Below are positions 1 to 12,949 of a DNA stretch of 64,000 nt, one piece after another (position 1 is the stretch's first letter; each line of letters begins with the position of its first letter). The position numbers and the translations under genes are program-made. The notes under the pieces are model-generated. The model saw nothing but the letters and a program-made list of their open reading frames with translations. It had not been told where the DNA came from and ran no database searches. Origin of the DNA: Harriotta raleighana (taxonomy: Eukaryota); contig JBNZDD010013623.1 in NCBI GenBank assembly GCA_050575255.1, positions 2,901,912 to 2,965,911 of the forward strand, in the 5' to 3' direction.

Positions 1-388
1 GGGACCTGATAGAGGTCTTCAAGATCATGAAAGGTTTCGACAGGCTGGATAGGGAAAAGCTGTTTCCGCTGGTAGGTGTGTCTGTGACCCGAGGTCACAA
101 TCTTAAGATATCTACCAAAAGAAGCAGAGGGGAGGTTACAAGAAATGTTTTCACTCAGAGAGTTGTTCGAATTTGGAATGATCTGCCTGAAAGGGTAGTG
201 AGGTCCAAATCAATAGCAGCTTTTAAGAGGGAACTGGATAGGTATCTGGAGAAGATGGGTTAGCAGGGTTATGGGGAGAAAGCTGGTGATTGGGGGTTAA
301 AAAAAAGTGACAATGCTCTGTCAAAGAGCTGGCACAGACTCGATGGGCCGAATGGCCTCCTTCTGTGCTGTAACCTTCTATGATTCTA
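1..388 (+). mobile_element. CR1 LINE 3' end
   Basis: ORF2 C-terminus (DLIEVFKIMKG.D..TRGH..FTQRVV..WN.LP) followed by a typical 3' UTR (gggccgaatggcctccttctg) and tail. Confidence 0.9.
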
Positions 389-3348
389 CTGTGCTATGGG
401 ACAGCAATGGAACTTAACATCAAATAGAAACGAAGGCCCCAAAAACCTGTTTCCTCCTGCGCTAGTAAATTTCCGTTGTGTGCAGGCTGCTGGGCGCGGT
501 TAAATATGCAACGTCAGTAACAGACAAAGTGCACAAAGATTTCAGTTTAATGATTGCCAAAGTACAGAGCACAATATTAACTGAAGCAAACCAGTGAGAT
601 CTGAAAACTGAACAGTGAGGATAGAAAATTACACATTATTATTAATTATTATTATCAATATTATCAAACACAATTTACAAAAGATCCCAAGTTTAATAAC
701 GATTAGCAGTTTCACTTAATCCACTTCCGCACCCATCTATATCAGGGCACGGTGGAGGTGGTTGAGGAATATTGGTCAGTATTATCCTGAAGGAATGTCA
801 GGTATAGGTCATGAGATGCCCGCAACTGGATTTGCAAGGCGGACTGAGAGCAAGTAGCTCAGATTCCGGTGCCCTCTTCTCATTGAAACCAAAGTCCACT
901 TGGACCTGGAGTGACTGCTGCCCTGGAGGGAGCAGAGCTCGGGAGAGATGAATTCACATCTCAGTGCAGCAAATTTTTCGAAGGCCATGGATGAGCATGT
1001 CATTAGCACCCTGTTGGCTCTAAAGGTTTTTACCGAATTATTTCATCGGGAAATAGTGGGCAAAGCATGTATCAAGTACAGCTGCCTGATTTGCAAACCC
1101 AGTGGTCTGTAAACAGTGTAACAAAATACCCTCCCACCATGCACCCACTCCAAAAGATTTGAGAACTGATTGACTTCCAAAGACTATCAGATTTACAAGT
1201 ACAGAAGCTCGAACCTGAGCCCTCAGGCAAGACTTCTAAGCACTCTTGAGTGAATGTAGCAATTTTGAATGCTAAACACAGTCACTACACTACACAACGA
1301 TTCCCTGCAAAATTTTCTGGAGTTAAAAGGCTCCTTGTGGAACACAAGGAATCAAATCGACTGTCATTTCAATTGAACACTTTGCAACAAAAATATCTCA
1401 CTCTCCGAGCAGATAACAAAAAATACAAACTCTTCTCTTGAAAAATAAACTTTTTCCAAAAATATGTATCCATTCAGCTCGACCAAATGGTCTAACCGAC
1501 CGACCAGTCATGCCTGGAACCAACATCACATCCTTGCACAGCCAGACACGTGATTCTATTCTAAAAAAAATCATAGTCCATGTAATTCCAGGGTGGGTGG
1601 GGGAACGGGGAAGGGAGCGGTTTGGGGGGGAGGGAGAGAAGGCATTTCAGGTGTCATACAGGATTCTCTGGCACCTTTCCAAAGGGGCCAGAGTACAAAG
1701 AGTTGACAGTCATTTAAATGGAAGACGTCTGAGGTTTTAACACAACTAGACTGCAGTGTTAATCTAGTCCGTCTCCCCTGAGTCCCAACTCTGTTTTGAA
1801 TCCAGAATCCTGGCTGATACACACAGAGTGTTTGATTCTCGCTGGTGAATCGCAGATTTCTAAGAAGGCCCTAAAGGGTTCAGAAATCTTTTGGCAAAGG
1901 TCTCACCTTTGTTCTATTCAAGGAATGTGGAGCATTCTTGCAAAGAATTTAGTTATACAGCATTTCTTGCACACCCTCTGCAATCCAATCTTGGGTGTCG
2001 GGACACATGGAGAAACCCAACACCATGGTTAAGAATATCGAAGCCAGATGTATCCTACCTACACAAGGAAATCCCAGAGACAGATTATTGGAATCAAATG
2101 CGCACTCTCTCTCTTGAGAGACGCCTGCCGCTTACTAAATTTTGGAAAGTATTAGGTACAAGTTAGCAAGAGCCAAGGCTTACGGACCCTAGGATGTGTG
2201 TTTGTTTGGGTAACTGGACTAACCAGCTAAAATCATATTCAGCCAGATCTCAACAACTCACCCGACAATGCTGCTCACTAACGTCGTTAACAATAAAGAC
2301 ATTAAATATAATACATAACAAAATCACAAGGTTATAATTGACTATCAATTCAAAAATAATGCTTCAGGAATGTGCAATTGATTTCGGGCCCACCTTCCCC
2401 CAGCCCCACTACTCTCCCCTTTTCTATGCGAAACATTCCCTTCCACATAGTACATTCAAGTGTTAAGTGCAGGTACATTTATTTATGTTAATTTGAAAAC
2501 TGAAGTGCAATATTAAAGGGCATTTATATTGTGTTTGCCAAACAACAATTTTATAACTATATTTGTACGATGCCTTTCACATCGGGAGGACATCCCAAGA
2601 CACTGTACTCCCCATTATTGGGTTGCAGACATCTCTTGATGCGGTGTAAGCTCCGAACAGTGTCGCATTTATAAAGGAAAACCAATCTCTCCTCTAACGA
2701 ATGGATCAATTTGTCTACACACAAAATACACCACCACTACTCTGTATAGTATGTAGCCCTTGAAGTGCTTTAGGACATCTCAAATACTTGATCAGGCCTA
2801 TATATCAAATGAAAGGATTATTATTATTATTACATTAGCCTGTAGCACTTGAGTAACTTTCTACACACAGGTGATTAAGAACAGGGGAACAATCCACTTG
2901 TCTGTTGTGTCTGTGCTGACTTTCTTACGAGCATTTAGCTGCCTTTTCCTTTACACCATTGTCGCGAGGGGAGGTCACACGTGTTTTAAAAAAAAAAAAA
3001 AATTCCCCCCTCAGCTATTAATCAGTTAATTACCCCCAAGATTGTCTGGGAAAGACAGTAGTGCAAAGTAATTTAGGGGTTAATTAATCTTTTTTAAAAA
3101 AAACACTAAATGTAAATTACTCTATAAACAGAAAGATAAATAACATACGTGGAAGCAAAAGCACTATACACCCTCTCCCCGCCCCCACCATCCCACCATT
3201 TTCCATTAATGTAACATCCACATTAGGTTGAAAGACAATGTTTTAAAAAGCAGCCTAGTGAAGGGTAAGGAAAGTGATCAGAATTCAGAATGGTCCAACT
3301 GAGTGAGAGACAGGGTTGAGTTGAGGGAGTTCTTACATGTCCTTGAGG

Positions 3349-3513
3349 TCACATGCTCACTTCCATTAAGATTTCCAGTTCCTTGATCATAGCCCAAACG
3401 TTTTCGGTCATCGAGTTATTGGAGATCTGCAAGTTGACATTATCGCTGTTCAAAGACGAAGCCCCTTGTAGCTGTGCATACTCAATCAACTTGCTGCAGA
3501 CTTTAGGGACAAC
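3349..3513 (-). CDS. IRF7: IRF7 last coding exon ([54 protein letters not shown])
   Basis: ggcag acceptor; IRF3/7 serine-rich C-terminal motif; TGA stop at 3349-3351. Confidence 0.92.
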   Translation of the reverse strand, partial: VVPKVCSKLIEYAQLQGASSLNSDNVNLQISNNSMTENVWAMIKELEILMEVSM

Positions 3514-6500
3514 CTGCCAACAGGAGAGGTGTACGTGGCAGAGAGGGAGGGGAGAGGAGAGGAGGAGGGCGGTTGGGAATAAAACATAATAAGTGATCAG
3601 AGCCTAATAATAAAAAAGTGCATTTCCTGCAGATATTCCGCCCATAAACACAAACAGATATTCTGTGAAGTGCTTTGGGACATTTATTTTATAGCCATGA
3701 TACGGCACTATGTCAAATATAAGGAATATTGTTAGATAAAGTGATGCACCTGACACACTCACAAGATTGGGTTGGATGAAAAATGTCCCTCATCCCATCC
3801 AATCTAATCCCTCAAGAATACCCAATTTACCGCCCACCAAATCATAGCATCAAGCCGTTTTCTAAATGAGTCCCAGCATCCTGGCCCCAAACCACCTTTC
3901 CTGGCAACCCTGTTTAGTTTGTCGATTAACCTCTAACTAAATATTTCACCCCTCTTGCCTTTCTTTTTAAAAATAAAGAATCAATAAATCAAATGCGAGG
4001 ATTAATATTATTATTATTATTTACAGACAAAGGAAGTGTGACAATTTGCCCACTGTGCTTGTACCAACTGGTGGCAATTCACACGGGAGCCTTTGTGGTG
4101 AGTGTTGGCCCCATTGCAACCTCAGCACAGTCTGGGGATCTGAACAAGCAAGTTCCTGGTCAATGTGTTGACTTCCACTTGCCGTTTGTCAATAGAAAAT
4201 TGTTTTTCACAGATACAATCGCCCAGAAAATATACACTCAATTCAGGTTACAGTAATCATGGACTCGTGGAGTCCTGTAGCTCAATGATTAGAGCACTCA
4301 CCTTGCAAGCGATTGACCTAGGTTCGATTCCAAGCAGAGAGAAACCTTGGGCATGTTTCCTTATGCCTAATAATAATAACCTCAAAAAAAACCAATAAAG
4401 AATTGGTCATTTCAATCCACAACTGTTTGTGGGACACTGTTGTGCACAATTGGCTGCTGCATTCTGTCCACAAATACAGTCAATTCACTTTACAGTACAT
4501 TCTGTCAAGTGCTTTGACACGTCGAGAAGACGTGATAAGGCTCTATACCAAATGTAAGGAATATTATTACTATAATATGATAGATTTACCTTGATCAAGA
4601 CGAGTTTCTTTGTTGGATTTTGAATTGGGAAGTGCTGGCCCAAACACAGGTAGATGGAGCACAGTGGAGTCTCACGTTTGTGAAACAAGAACTCTTTGAT
4701 CTCTGAAAATAAGAGATGTGCTGCTTAGTGTATTCGATTGCACGGCTGTAACACAGTTAATTCACTTCAAGGAGCATAGGCATCCGGGTTTTTAAAAAGG
4801 AAACATGTAACTGCTAGTGTTCAAATGATGGGGGAACAACTTGCTTTAATGTAGAGTTAATTGGAAATGTAAAAGCAGTATTTGTGTTTGGTGATCCGCG
4901 AGTCCACACATACACTAAATGAAGAGAAGCCCATTCCAGTCATTAAGTGTTTCATCCGGTTACTAGAAGTGACAGAAGTTAAGAGTCTCTTTGCCATTTC
5001 TTGCTGAATTGTGGTGGAATGCATGGAATTCTTATTGTGGATTGGAGTCGCTTAAGCACGGTGATGGGTTTCTGCAAGTGCCAGACACCTGGTTGACCGA
5101 AAAAAACTGTATGCCAATCCTAGAGGGCTCTCTCGCTGTAAACTTTGAAATATCTCACCTACAAAATATATGGAATATCATATAACAGAACTATTCTGTG
5201 AAGCACTTTAGAATGTCTTGAAGATCAACCTGCCTGCCTGCCCCCTCCGCTCAGCAGACTCTGGCCTCCACATCTCCCGCCCCACCTGCCCCATCATTGG
5301 CAGGTGAGCCTTCAGCCACTCTGCCCCCAACTTCTGGAATTCCATCCCACAGTCCTTCCAGCTTGCCGCCTCCCTGGCCTACCTTCAAATCTCGCTTCAA
5401 GTCTCTCCTCTTTGATGCACCCATCGGCAACTCATAAATCCCCCACTCCCCCTACCCCACCCCGTCCTCAGCTAAGGTCTGAAGCAGTGACCATCCAGCG
5501 CTTTGGGACGTCTTCCTGACATGAAAGGCTTATACAAGTGTCATTTCATTGTTGTTGTTGTTGAAGATGTGATAGGGCACTGCATGAAATGCAAGAATTA
5601 TTACTATTATATTTATAAATTACCCCTGACCTAAGCCCCCCAATGATTGGTTGACCACGTACCTGTCACAAAGTCGGGTAAGCTGAACAGCTTGGTCTCT
5701 TCCTCCCTCACAAGTTTTTGCAAATCCTGGCTCTCTTTCACCTCGGTGAGGGACCAGAAGACTTGACACTTGCCCATTCTCTTGACATAGACGTGACCTG
5801 CTCGAAGTTCTAGGGTGAGGCCTCTTTCCGTGTTCGACAAGAGGTAATCAGTGAACTCTTTCTGCTTCTGATCGGATATGCTCTCTGTGCTCGGAAAAGC
5901 AATCAGCTCCAGATGACCTTCCCTGGCGTTCTGGACATTATTGTGTAACCAGAATCCGGACCTGACCGTTTTCTGCAACACGGTTTTTCCTCTGTAATAT
6001 ATGGTGACGTCTAAATATTCTGAAACTGCATGGAAAGAAAGATTTTTATGAAAAGATACACAGGGGAACATTTATTCATTTAACGTCGTGACATTTGCTA
6101 TTACATTGTTCGTAATAGCGGGTGGAACAAACTACTTTGGGTAGCATAGGCATAGTACATAGATGCTGAACGCCTGGTATTCTTGCACGGGTTCGCTTAA
6201 CGCCGTTTTGCTTAAAGTCGCACTTTTCACGAACACAACTGTGACGTTAGGCAAGGACTAGGTGTACTCTAAATACCCTCTCTACAACCTCTGACAGAAG
6301 TAGTTATTGAATTTCAAATGCGATTTTGACCCGAATCTCATTAGCTATTACTGCATTCTAATAAACTTTGTGTGTGTATAAAATCTTCTGATCTCCCTGC
6401 TGATAGTTTTATTGAAAGCTGCTCCCAAAAAAATCAGTACATTGAGTTTAGCAATTATGAATGGGCTTTAATCTGCTACTGTTGTTATTTTGCAAAGTCT

Positions 6501-9500
6501 GCGCATAGGTGTGCCACCAAGATTCGCTGTTCAAAACTCTAATTCAGAAGGGAATGAGCAGCAAAATCTAATTGGTAAAATTTCCTCTTGTTCCTGCCTT
6601 ATACGGGGCAACCTGGATGTGACCAGTCTTGCTTGATCACGAAGTTTGTTTATCATTCGAGGCTTGTGACGCTGGTTCAAAAAAATAGTGGCTTTCTTGC
6701 TAATCAGATTGCTGCTGATATAAGTCCCTGCCCGCTGCAAAATGACCAGGACGTGTCGCTGGTGTCATTGCGCTAAGTAAGTGACTCCATCAGATTTCAT
6801 AACCTGGAGGGAGGACAGTTTTTCCGCATTGCCTCCTTCTGACGCGAGATCTTAAGTTGCAGCACTATAACTCTATAACTATAACTTCACTATAACAGGT
6901 TAACGCAATCAATGCACAACATTCCTGTCAATGGTCTGTACATTTACAGTCACCTCATGCGCACTAAACCGCACGCTGGCTCTCACGTACTGGAATGGTG
7001 AGGTTGAACTTCGGGCCCAGCTGCGTTAGCTGCCACCAGGGCAGGTATGGTCGGAAGAAGCCCTGGTATCTCGTAAGCAACCGGCACTTCCTGGGCGTAT
7101 TGAAGCAGGTCGGAGAGAGCTGATGGCTGCGTGGATTCCCACAGACATCCTTCAACCAACAAAATAAGATCATTCAGTACTTGAGAAATAATGACTTGCA
7201 AAGTTCCATCCACACAATGCGGTCAGTCCACTTGACACTCTAACCTTACGACATCTCAAAGACAGACCTGATGTGGAGCTATATCAAATGCAAAAGGACT
7301 TTTATGACTGAGTTATCAGGGCATAGTTGGTGTTCTGTTAAACAAAATGATTAATTATTACACAAATGTCCCTTGGAATAAATAACATCTGTCCTTTTGT
7401 ACTGTTACCTACCGTTTGGGACAACCTGGGATGGGGAGATGGGGAGAGGATCATAGTAAGGAATATTGAGTGGATTGCCGAACTCGTCCGTCATCAGTAG
7501 GTTGTAGTGACTCAGATTTAGAGGATACTCTGGTTGTGACATCTCGAACTGATTGTCTTCATTTGCAACAAACAGAAACAGAAGAACAGCTTGAGTTGCT
7601 TTTACAATACAAAACATCATGGTTTCATTAGTTCCCACCCTCCCTTCGCGCTCACTTCACAAACGAGGGGACCCAGGTTCGATTTCCGGGTGGGGTGAAA
7701 CCTTAGGCAAGTTTCCTTACTCCGCATGCCTCTGTTTACTTAGTGTAACCAGGGACCCTGTGCTTAGTCGACTGGCAGATCCTTTTCTGGGAATAATAAT
7801 CCCTCCGCAAAAAAAAATAAAAAATTGGTCACTCAAACCACGGTTGTTTTTGGGAATCTGCCGGACTCATTTTTTTGCCGTGTTTCGCCCACAAAGTACA
7901 CTTTACATAAAATTCCATCAAGCGCTTTGAGACATCTCAATGGGGTGATATTGCACTGCATTAAATGCAAGGCTTATTATAATATTAGAATCAGAAATGA
8001 TCTGATAATCTGGAACTTGATCATTTTTCGTACCATGCTTGTGGGCAAGGTATCAGACTGTGCTGACTGCATTATTATAGCATTTCTCCTGTACATTATT
8101 GATTGTGCAAATTAAAGTGGATTTCAAGTGACCCAAACACATTGCATAAGAAACTAACCTCCTGGTCTGTCTGATAGAGTCATTGTATTCAACATTTTGC
8201 CCAGATGTTCCTAAGGAAAACATATTTAAATATATATTAGTTGACTCCCTCTCCTTCAAAGTCCACTTCCCCGTTACTTTCAAAAGATCTCACCACATAC
8301 GTTTACACGTTAAAAACAATGTCTGGAGCAGTTTTGCAAAATAAGTGCAAAAATGTTAAATTGAGGTCCCGTCTGTCTGCATAGGTGGAACTCAAGGATC
8401 CCATCACGCTATTCAACAAGAGGAAGGAGTTTCTCTCTCCCTGACAATCCCCTGGTAAAACTGGTCATTCACTTCACCGCTGTTTGTGAGACATTGCTGT
8501 GCGCAAATTGACTGCCACATTCTCCTACAAATTCAGAATTGCTACATCGCAAGGGATATGGGGCAAGTAATTTGAGATGCAGATCAGCCATGATCTTATA
8601 GAATGGTGGAATAGGCTCAGTCATGGCCTGATTCTGTTCCTATGTTAGTAAAACCTTGTTTATCTGTGATTTGAATAATCAGAAAACCCATTCAACCGCC
8701 ATCTCAAAAAAAGTCCTGATTCGATTAACCGGAAGTTATCCGGTGACGCGTTTATTGTCGGGTCTAAACTCGTTCCGGGTCCTTTTAAAAGTCGCGTTTT
8801 TTTTTTTACCTTGTTTGCATGAGTGCCTGCCATTGGGAAGTTAAGTACTGAATACATAATAAATACTGCTGCAGGTAGCGGCCAGAGAGAGAGGGAGGGA
8901 GCAGGGGGGGAGTGGGGAATGGAAGAAACGGAGAGAGAGAGGGAGGGGCGGGATGGAGAGACAGAAAAAGAGAGAGGGGGGGAATGAGAGATGGGGAAAG
9001 GGAGAAAGAGAGAGAGAGATGCGGGAAAGCATGATGGAGTAAGAGAAAGAAATGGCAGGCAGGTTGATGAAGAGAGAGAGAGAGAGAGAGGGGGAAGGGA
9101 GAGAGAGGAAAGGGACGGGGAGGGCGGTGAGGATTGTGAACAGAATTATATGATGGATTCAGACTGAATATCTTTGAGGGTCTGTGTGTGTGTCTGTCTG
9201 TCTGTTTGTCTGTGTGTCTATGTGTGTGTGTCTCTGTGTGTGTGTGTGTATCCTGGCCATTAGGTCTAAACTCGTTGCTTTTTAAAGTCGCGTTTTGTTT
9301 TACCTCCAAATCAGTGTTACAATTGCGAAGTTAAGTATAAATAATAATGTACTAATAGAATATTCTGTTATTATTTAGTCTATTATTAATATGGTATGAG
9401 TTAAAATAATTTTTATTTTTTTAAAAAAAAAATCTGTTCCACCGGAATAAACGTTTAACCGCCACTGGCCAAGTCCCGNTTTTTTTTTTTTTTAAAATCT

Positions 9501-12500
9501 GTTCCACCGGAATAAACGTTTAACCGCCACTGGCCAAGTCCCGTGGGTCCCGGATAAACAGGGCTTTACTGTATACAGCAATTTCTGTGAAGCACTTTTT
9601 TAAGATGTCCTCCTGGTGAGAAAGACGTCGTATTAAACACAAAGATGAATGTTACAGGTCCGGGGGCACAGAACTGTCGGCTCGGTTTGAGAATCAGTCA
9701 GATGGGTGATAGATCAATGAAAGGTTAATGCTCCCCATGCCTACCTGTGGATGTGGGAAGGCTGGCTGGGACACGTAATGGAAGTCGAGCTGGGTTGGGT
9801 CATTTTGTGGGCTGACACGCAGCTCAAGGTCATCCTCTTCCTCCATCCTCCCATTCAGTCGAGGTTCTAAAATCAGAAAAGTATATTTAAAAGACTATCA
9901 CAGTACAAAACAAATTGTGGCTTCTGTAAAACTTACCCAGAGAACACACTCCCACATACACACATTGTCCTAATGTTCTGTTGCATCTTATTCCAAAAGT
10001 ATTAGATGTAGACCTTTGCTTCTCTGCTATCAATGAACAAGGCTGATAGTACTCAGGCTCCCAGGTGCAGACTATTGTATTTGCTGTCTAGCCACCATCT
10101 CACCCCCACCCCCAACCCTCCCTTTCCCTCTGGGAGTCTGTCGCATTGTGTGAAACTCTCAAGAGGAAGATGGATCATTAAAATTATTTCAGTAACCATA
10201 ACAATTTCTCTTGACAGCATAACTTGCAAATGATAGCTTAGCACATCCTCCTAATGTGAAAGGCATTATACAAATGCAATTTGTTGTTGTTTTTCTGTCT
10301 CAGTGAGAATACTCCCCGCTCCACAAAGAAAAGCCCTCAATTTCTCAAACTCTACAACATAAGCAACATGCATTTGTACAACGCCCCTCACAGGGGTCTC
10401 GCTGTAACAAGCTTTACCAAAGAGATAATTTTATCTTACAAATGCAGGGTCTCTGCAGTTCATGGCAACAATTTGCAAACTCAAAAACATTATAGAGGCA
10501 TCTCACACTCACCTTTCAGCAGATTGGGATTATGGTCGTTGATGAGAAAGACTTTATGTGGGTCTGAGGACTCCATAGACTTGTCTTCGAGCAATTTAAA
10601 TGATTTGTTGCTGTTCAAAGCACAACGGAAATTGCTCTTCCATTTTACTGGATTAGTGGTGGCTCTTTCAGTGTATTTCCCACTTATGATGGCCCAGCCC
10701 TGCAAACAAAGGGACAAACTAATACAGGTACAAGTAAAAGTACAGTTGTACTATAAATATAAAGCACTTTTCATGTGGGGTAGTGTCTCAGAGCGCATTA
10801 TCTACAGAAAAACAATAATGTTTCAGAACAAAGCAAAAGAAAACAATGATACAGGAATACAGCTACAACAACGGATCGTCCTCCTGATGCAATAGCCACT
10901 ATTATCAATTTCCAGAGACGAGATATTTTGTCCTTTAATTCAAAGTCCACTATCATCAGCTCAACAGAGCATTAATTGGCCCTACCTCCCTAGCTCAATA
11001 GACTCTTCAGCTTCCTGTACAAAGTTAATTCGCAGTTCATTCTTCTGCTGCCTGTACAAAGTGGCTTTAACTTCAAACCAACTCAATTAAGGGAAGCTTG
11101 CCTATTGCTTATGAACTTTGATGTTGTCATTACAGTAACATAGCTACAAGCAAACACAAGAATAACTATTGTTTAATCATAACCCTGCCTATTGTAACTT
11201 ATGTTATTGAACGAATGCAACTTTTCTTCCTTATTAAATAACTGATCTATAAAGTATAAAATACAAGTGACTTTGGTAACCCTGCTCACAGGTTTCTGAT
11301 ATAAAATTCTGGCGAACTGAACCAGCTGGGATGGTTTCCGGCTACACATTTGTTCCAGGCTGCAGCAGAGTGATTGGGTTAGAACTGTTGGTGAGTTTTT
11401 TGCTGCAAGATAGTTTTTTTTGGCCACAAGACAGCTCAGAGGCAGACAGGCAACCTGAAAATTACACAGTTTCCACCCGAAGCAGGATGTGTAAGCTTGA
11501 GTTGCGCATAGTTTCCAGGACTGAACAGGTGAGGCAGGATCTTGTTTTGTTGCCCTATTTCGTATTGTTTTACAGAACTGTATACTCTGTGAAGAGCTTT
11601 GAGAGGTCTGCAGAACCGTAGCACCTTGGGACAGCCTCCTGATGTGAAAGGCGTTATAAATTACATATGTAAGATGTGATAAGGCATATGTAAGATGTGG
11701 TAAGATGTGATAGTTACATCAAATGCAAAGGTTGTTATATACTGTATATATATATTAAAAACTATTTTCTGCAAAATAAGCTTATGGTCCAGATTTTTTT
11801 CCTGTTTATAAAGACACACTTTACAAAATTCATTTCACAGCATATTCTGTGAAGTGTTTTGAGACAACAACAACAAAATTACACTTGTATAGGAGATGTC
11901 TCGAAGACACAGTAAGGTGCTATATTAAATATCATAAATAATACTCCCTCCAAAAAAAACCTACAATTATAACATTGGTCAATCCACGACTTTGTGGGAC
12001 ACTGCTGTGCGCAATTGGCTGCCGTGTTTCGCCCACAAATATACAGTCAATTCACTTTACAGTATATTCTGTGCATCGCTCTGAGATGTCGATAAGATGT
12101 GAAAAAGCGCTGTATCAAGTGCAAGGATTATTATTATCAAATGCAAGGGATTAATATTCTTATTACTTTTCAGGGATCGGAGTGCGGGGTGGGCGAGGGG
12201 TGGTTTGGGAGAGGGGAAAAGAAGATAAATCATACCTTGAAGATTTTATAGTCGTCTTCGCACAGATTGTTTCTGGAAGCATGTTTCCAGGAGATTCTGA
12301 ACTTGGTGCATTCAGGATGATCTAACCATCTCAGCCCTTGGTAACTGTTGCTGTCTATCTGTTCAATTAGCCAAGCTCGGATCTGTGGCTTTGTGTGGTT
12401 CATTCTGCAGAAAGCACACACACACACACACACACGGTGGAAAAACTGGCTGCAAAGTGCAGATTACCAGTTACAAGAGAAAGACAGACACCCACACACA

Positions 12501-12795
12501 CACTAAAATAAGTCTAACTTAAAATTCCGTTGGGGGTGAGTTTTAACGTCACCTTGGTCTTCCCATGCTCAGCTATCAAACTGCTAACAGGTTCTTGTTG
12601 TGTACGAGGAAACAATCCCTCAACCTGAACCTTTATAGGCAGAACAGCTCGATACACTCCTCCCACTCTATGTTGTGCAATCTACAACCCGAAACNCAGT
12701 TACAAGAGAAAGACAGACACCCACACACACACTAAAATAAGTCTAACTTAAAATTCCGTTGGGGGTGAGTTTTAACGTCACCTTGGTCTTCCCAT
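3349..12795 (-). CDS. IRF7: Interferon regulatory factor 7, whole spliced CDS: join(12782-12795, 12236-12404, 10513-10699, 9745-9866, 8159-8210, 7413-7556, 6991-7149, 5663-6025, 4590-4702, 3349-3513), about 495 aa
   Basis: Trp-repeat IRF DNA-binding domain ([39 protein letters not shown]), IAD domain ([20 protein letters not shown]) and IRF3/7 C-terminus (GASSL..NLQIS). All junctions are GT-AG and phases sum to an open frame. IRF7 is preferred over IRF3 because of adjacency to CDHR5. Confidence 0.88.
4267..4572 (+). mobile_element. tRNA-derived Deu-domain SINE with L2-like tail
   Basis: A/B boxes (tagctcaatg, ggttcgattcc), core ctgtttgtgggacactg..caattggctgc, (tta)n tail. Confidence 0.85.
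4590..4702 (-). CDS. IRF7: IRF7 IAD exon ([26 protein letters not shown]...KKLVLIK)
   Basis: P..IYLC.G motif; tttcag acceptor, AAG|gtaaat donor. Confidence 0.9.
5663..6025 (-). CDS. IRF7: IRF7 IAD exon ([12 protein letters not shown]...FPS...QKEFTDYLL...[11 protein letters not shown]...LFSL)
   Basis: IRF association domain motifs; catgcag acceptor, G|gtacgt donor. Confidence 0.93.
6991..7149 (-). CDS. IRF7: IRF7 linker exon (GCLWESTQP...EVQPHHS)
   Basis: ttgaag acceptor, A|gtacgt donor, phase 1 to 1. Confidence 0.7.
7413..7556 (-). CDS. IRF7: IRF7 linker exon ([13 protein letters not shown]...QVVPN)
   Basis: polypyrimidine tract then ag; G|gtaggt donor; phase 1 to 1. Confidence 0.72.
7647..7985 (+). 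mobile_element. Deu SINE, diverged
   Basis: B box ggttcgatttcc, gaaaccttaggcaagtttccttactcc, L2-like tail. Confidence 0.75.
8159..8210 (-). CDS. IRF7: IRF7 small linker exon ([17 protein letters not shown])
   Basis: ttccttag acceptor, GAG|gttagt donor; phase 0 to 1 reconciles the flanking exons. Confidence 0.72.
8646..9571. mobile_element. TcMar/Tigger-like MITE with internal GA/GT microsatellites
   Basis: Terminal inverted repeats agtaaaaccttgtttatc ... ggataaacagggctttactg followed by TA; homologous to 21368-21985. Confidence 0.75.
8883..9250. repeat. Purine-rich (GA)n and (GT)n low-complexity tract
   Basis: Directly visible. Confidence 0.9.
9745..9866 (-). CDS. IRF7: IRF7 linker exon ([20 protein letters not shown]...PHPQ)
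   Basis: ttttag acceptor, CAG|gtaggc donor, phase 1 to 0, open frame. Confidence 0.8.
10513..10699 (-). CDS. IRF7: IRF7 exon, DBD part 2 (GWAIISGKY...[12 protein letters not shown]...DPHKVF)
   Basis: tttgcag acceptor, G|gtgagt donor, canonical IRF motif. Confidence 0.93.
11945..12137 (+). mobile_element. 5'-truncated Deu SINE
   Basis: Deu core plus tail. Confidence 0.8.
12236..12404 (-). CDS. IRF7: IRF7 exon, DBD part 1 ([28 protein letters not shown]...WKHASR...KIFK)
   Basis: ctgcag acceptor, AAG|gtatg donor, IRF Trp motif. Confidence 0.93.
12782..12795 (-). CDS. IRF7: IRF7 putative first coding micro-segment (MGRP + 2 nt of R); identical copy at 12553-12566 in an assembly duplication
   Basis: agcATGG strong Kozak; AG|gtgacg donor in phase 2 joins in frame with the single A preceding ATG at the next acceptor. 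Confidence 0.55.
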
Positions 12796-12949
12796 GCTCA
12801 GCTATCAAACTGCTAACAGGTTCTTGTTGTGTACGAGGAAACAATCCCTCAACCTGAACCTTTATAGGCAGAACAGCTCGATACACTCCTCCCACTCTAT
12901 GTTGTGCAATCTACAACCCGAAACGAGATGCTGGGCTTGCCAGAGCTGT

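Noticed and set aside
400-2300. Possible 3' end of neighbouring PHRF1 expected from synteny
   Set aside because: No recognisable coding exon; isolated AATAAA hexamers are not enough.
9415-9543. Short tandem duplication around N at 9479
   Set aside because: Assembly junction artefact.
10281-10895. 204-aa plus-strand ORF
   Set aside because: Antisense to the IRF7 DBD exon; no recognisable domain.
12468-12924. Exact 228-bp tandem duplication containing the IRF7 first donor (12468-12695 and 12697-12924)
   Set aside because: The copies are identical and separated by a single N, typical of a contig-overlap artefact rather than a real exon duplication.
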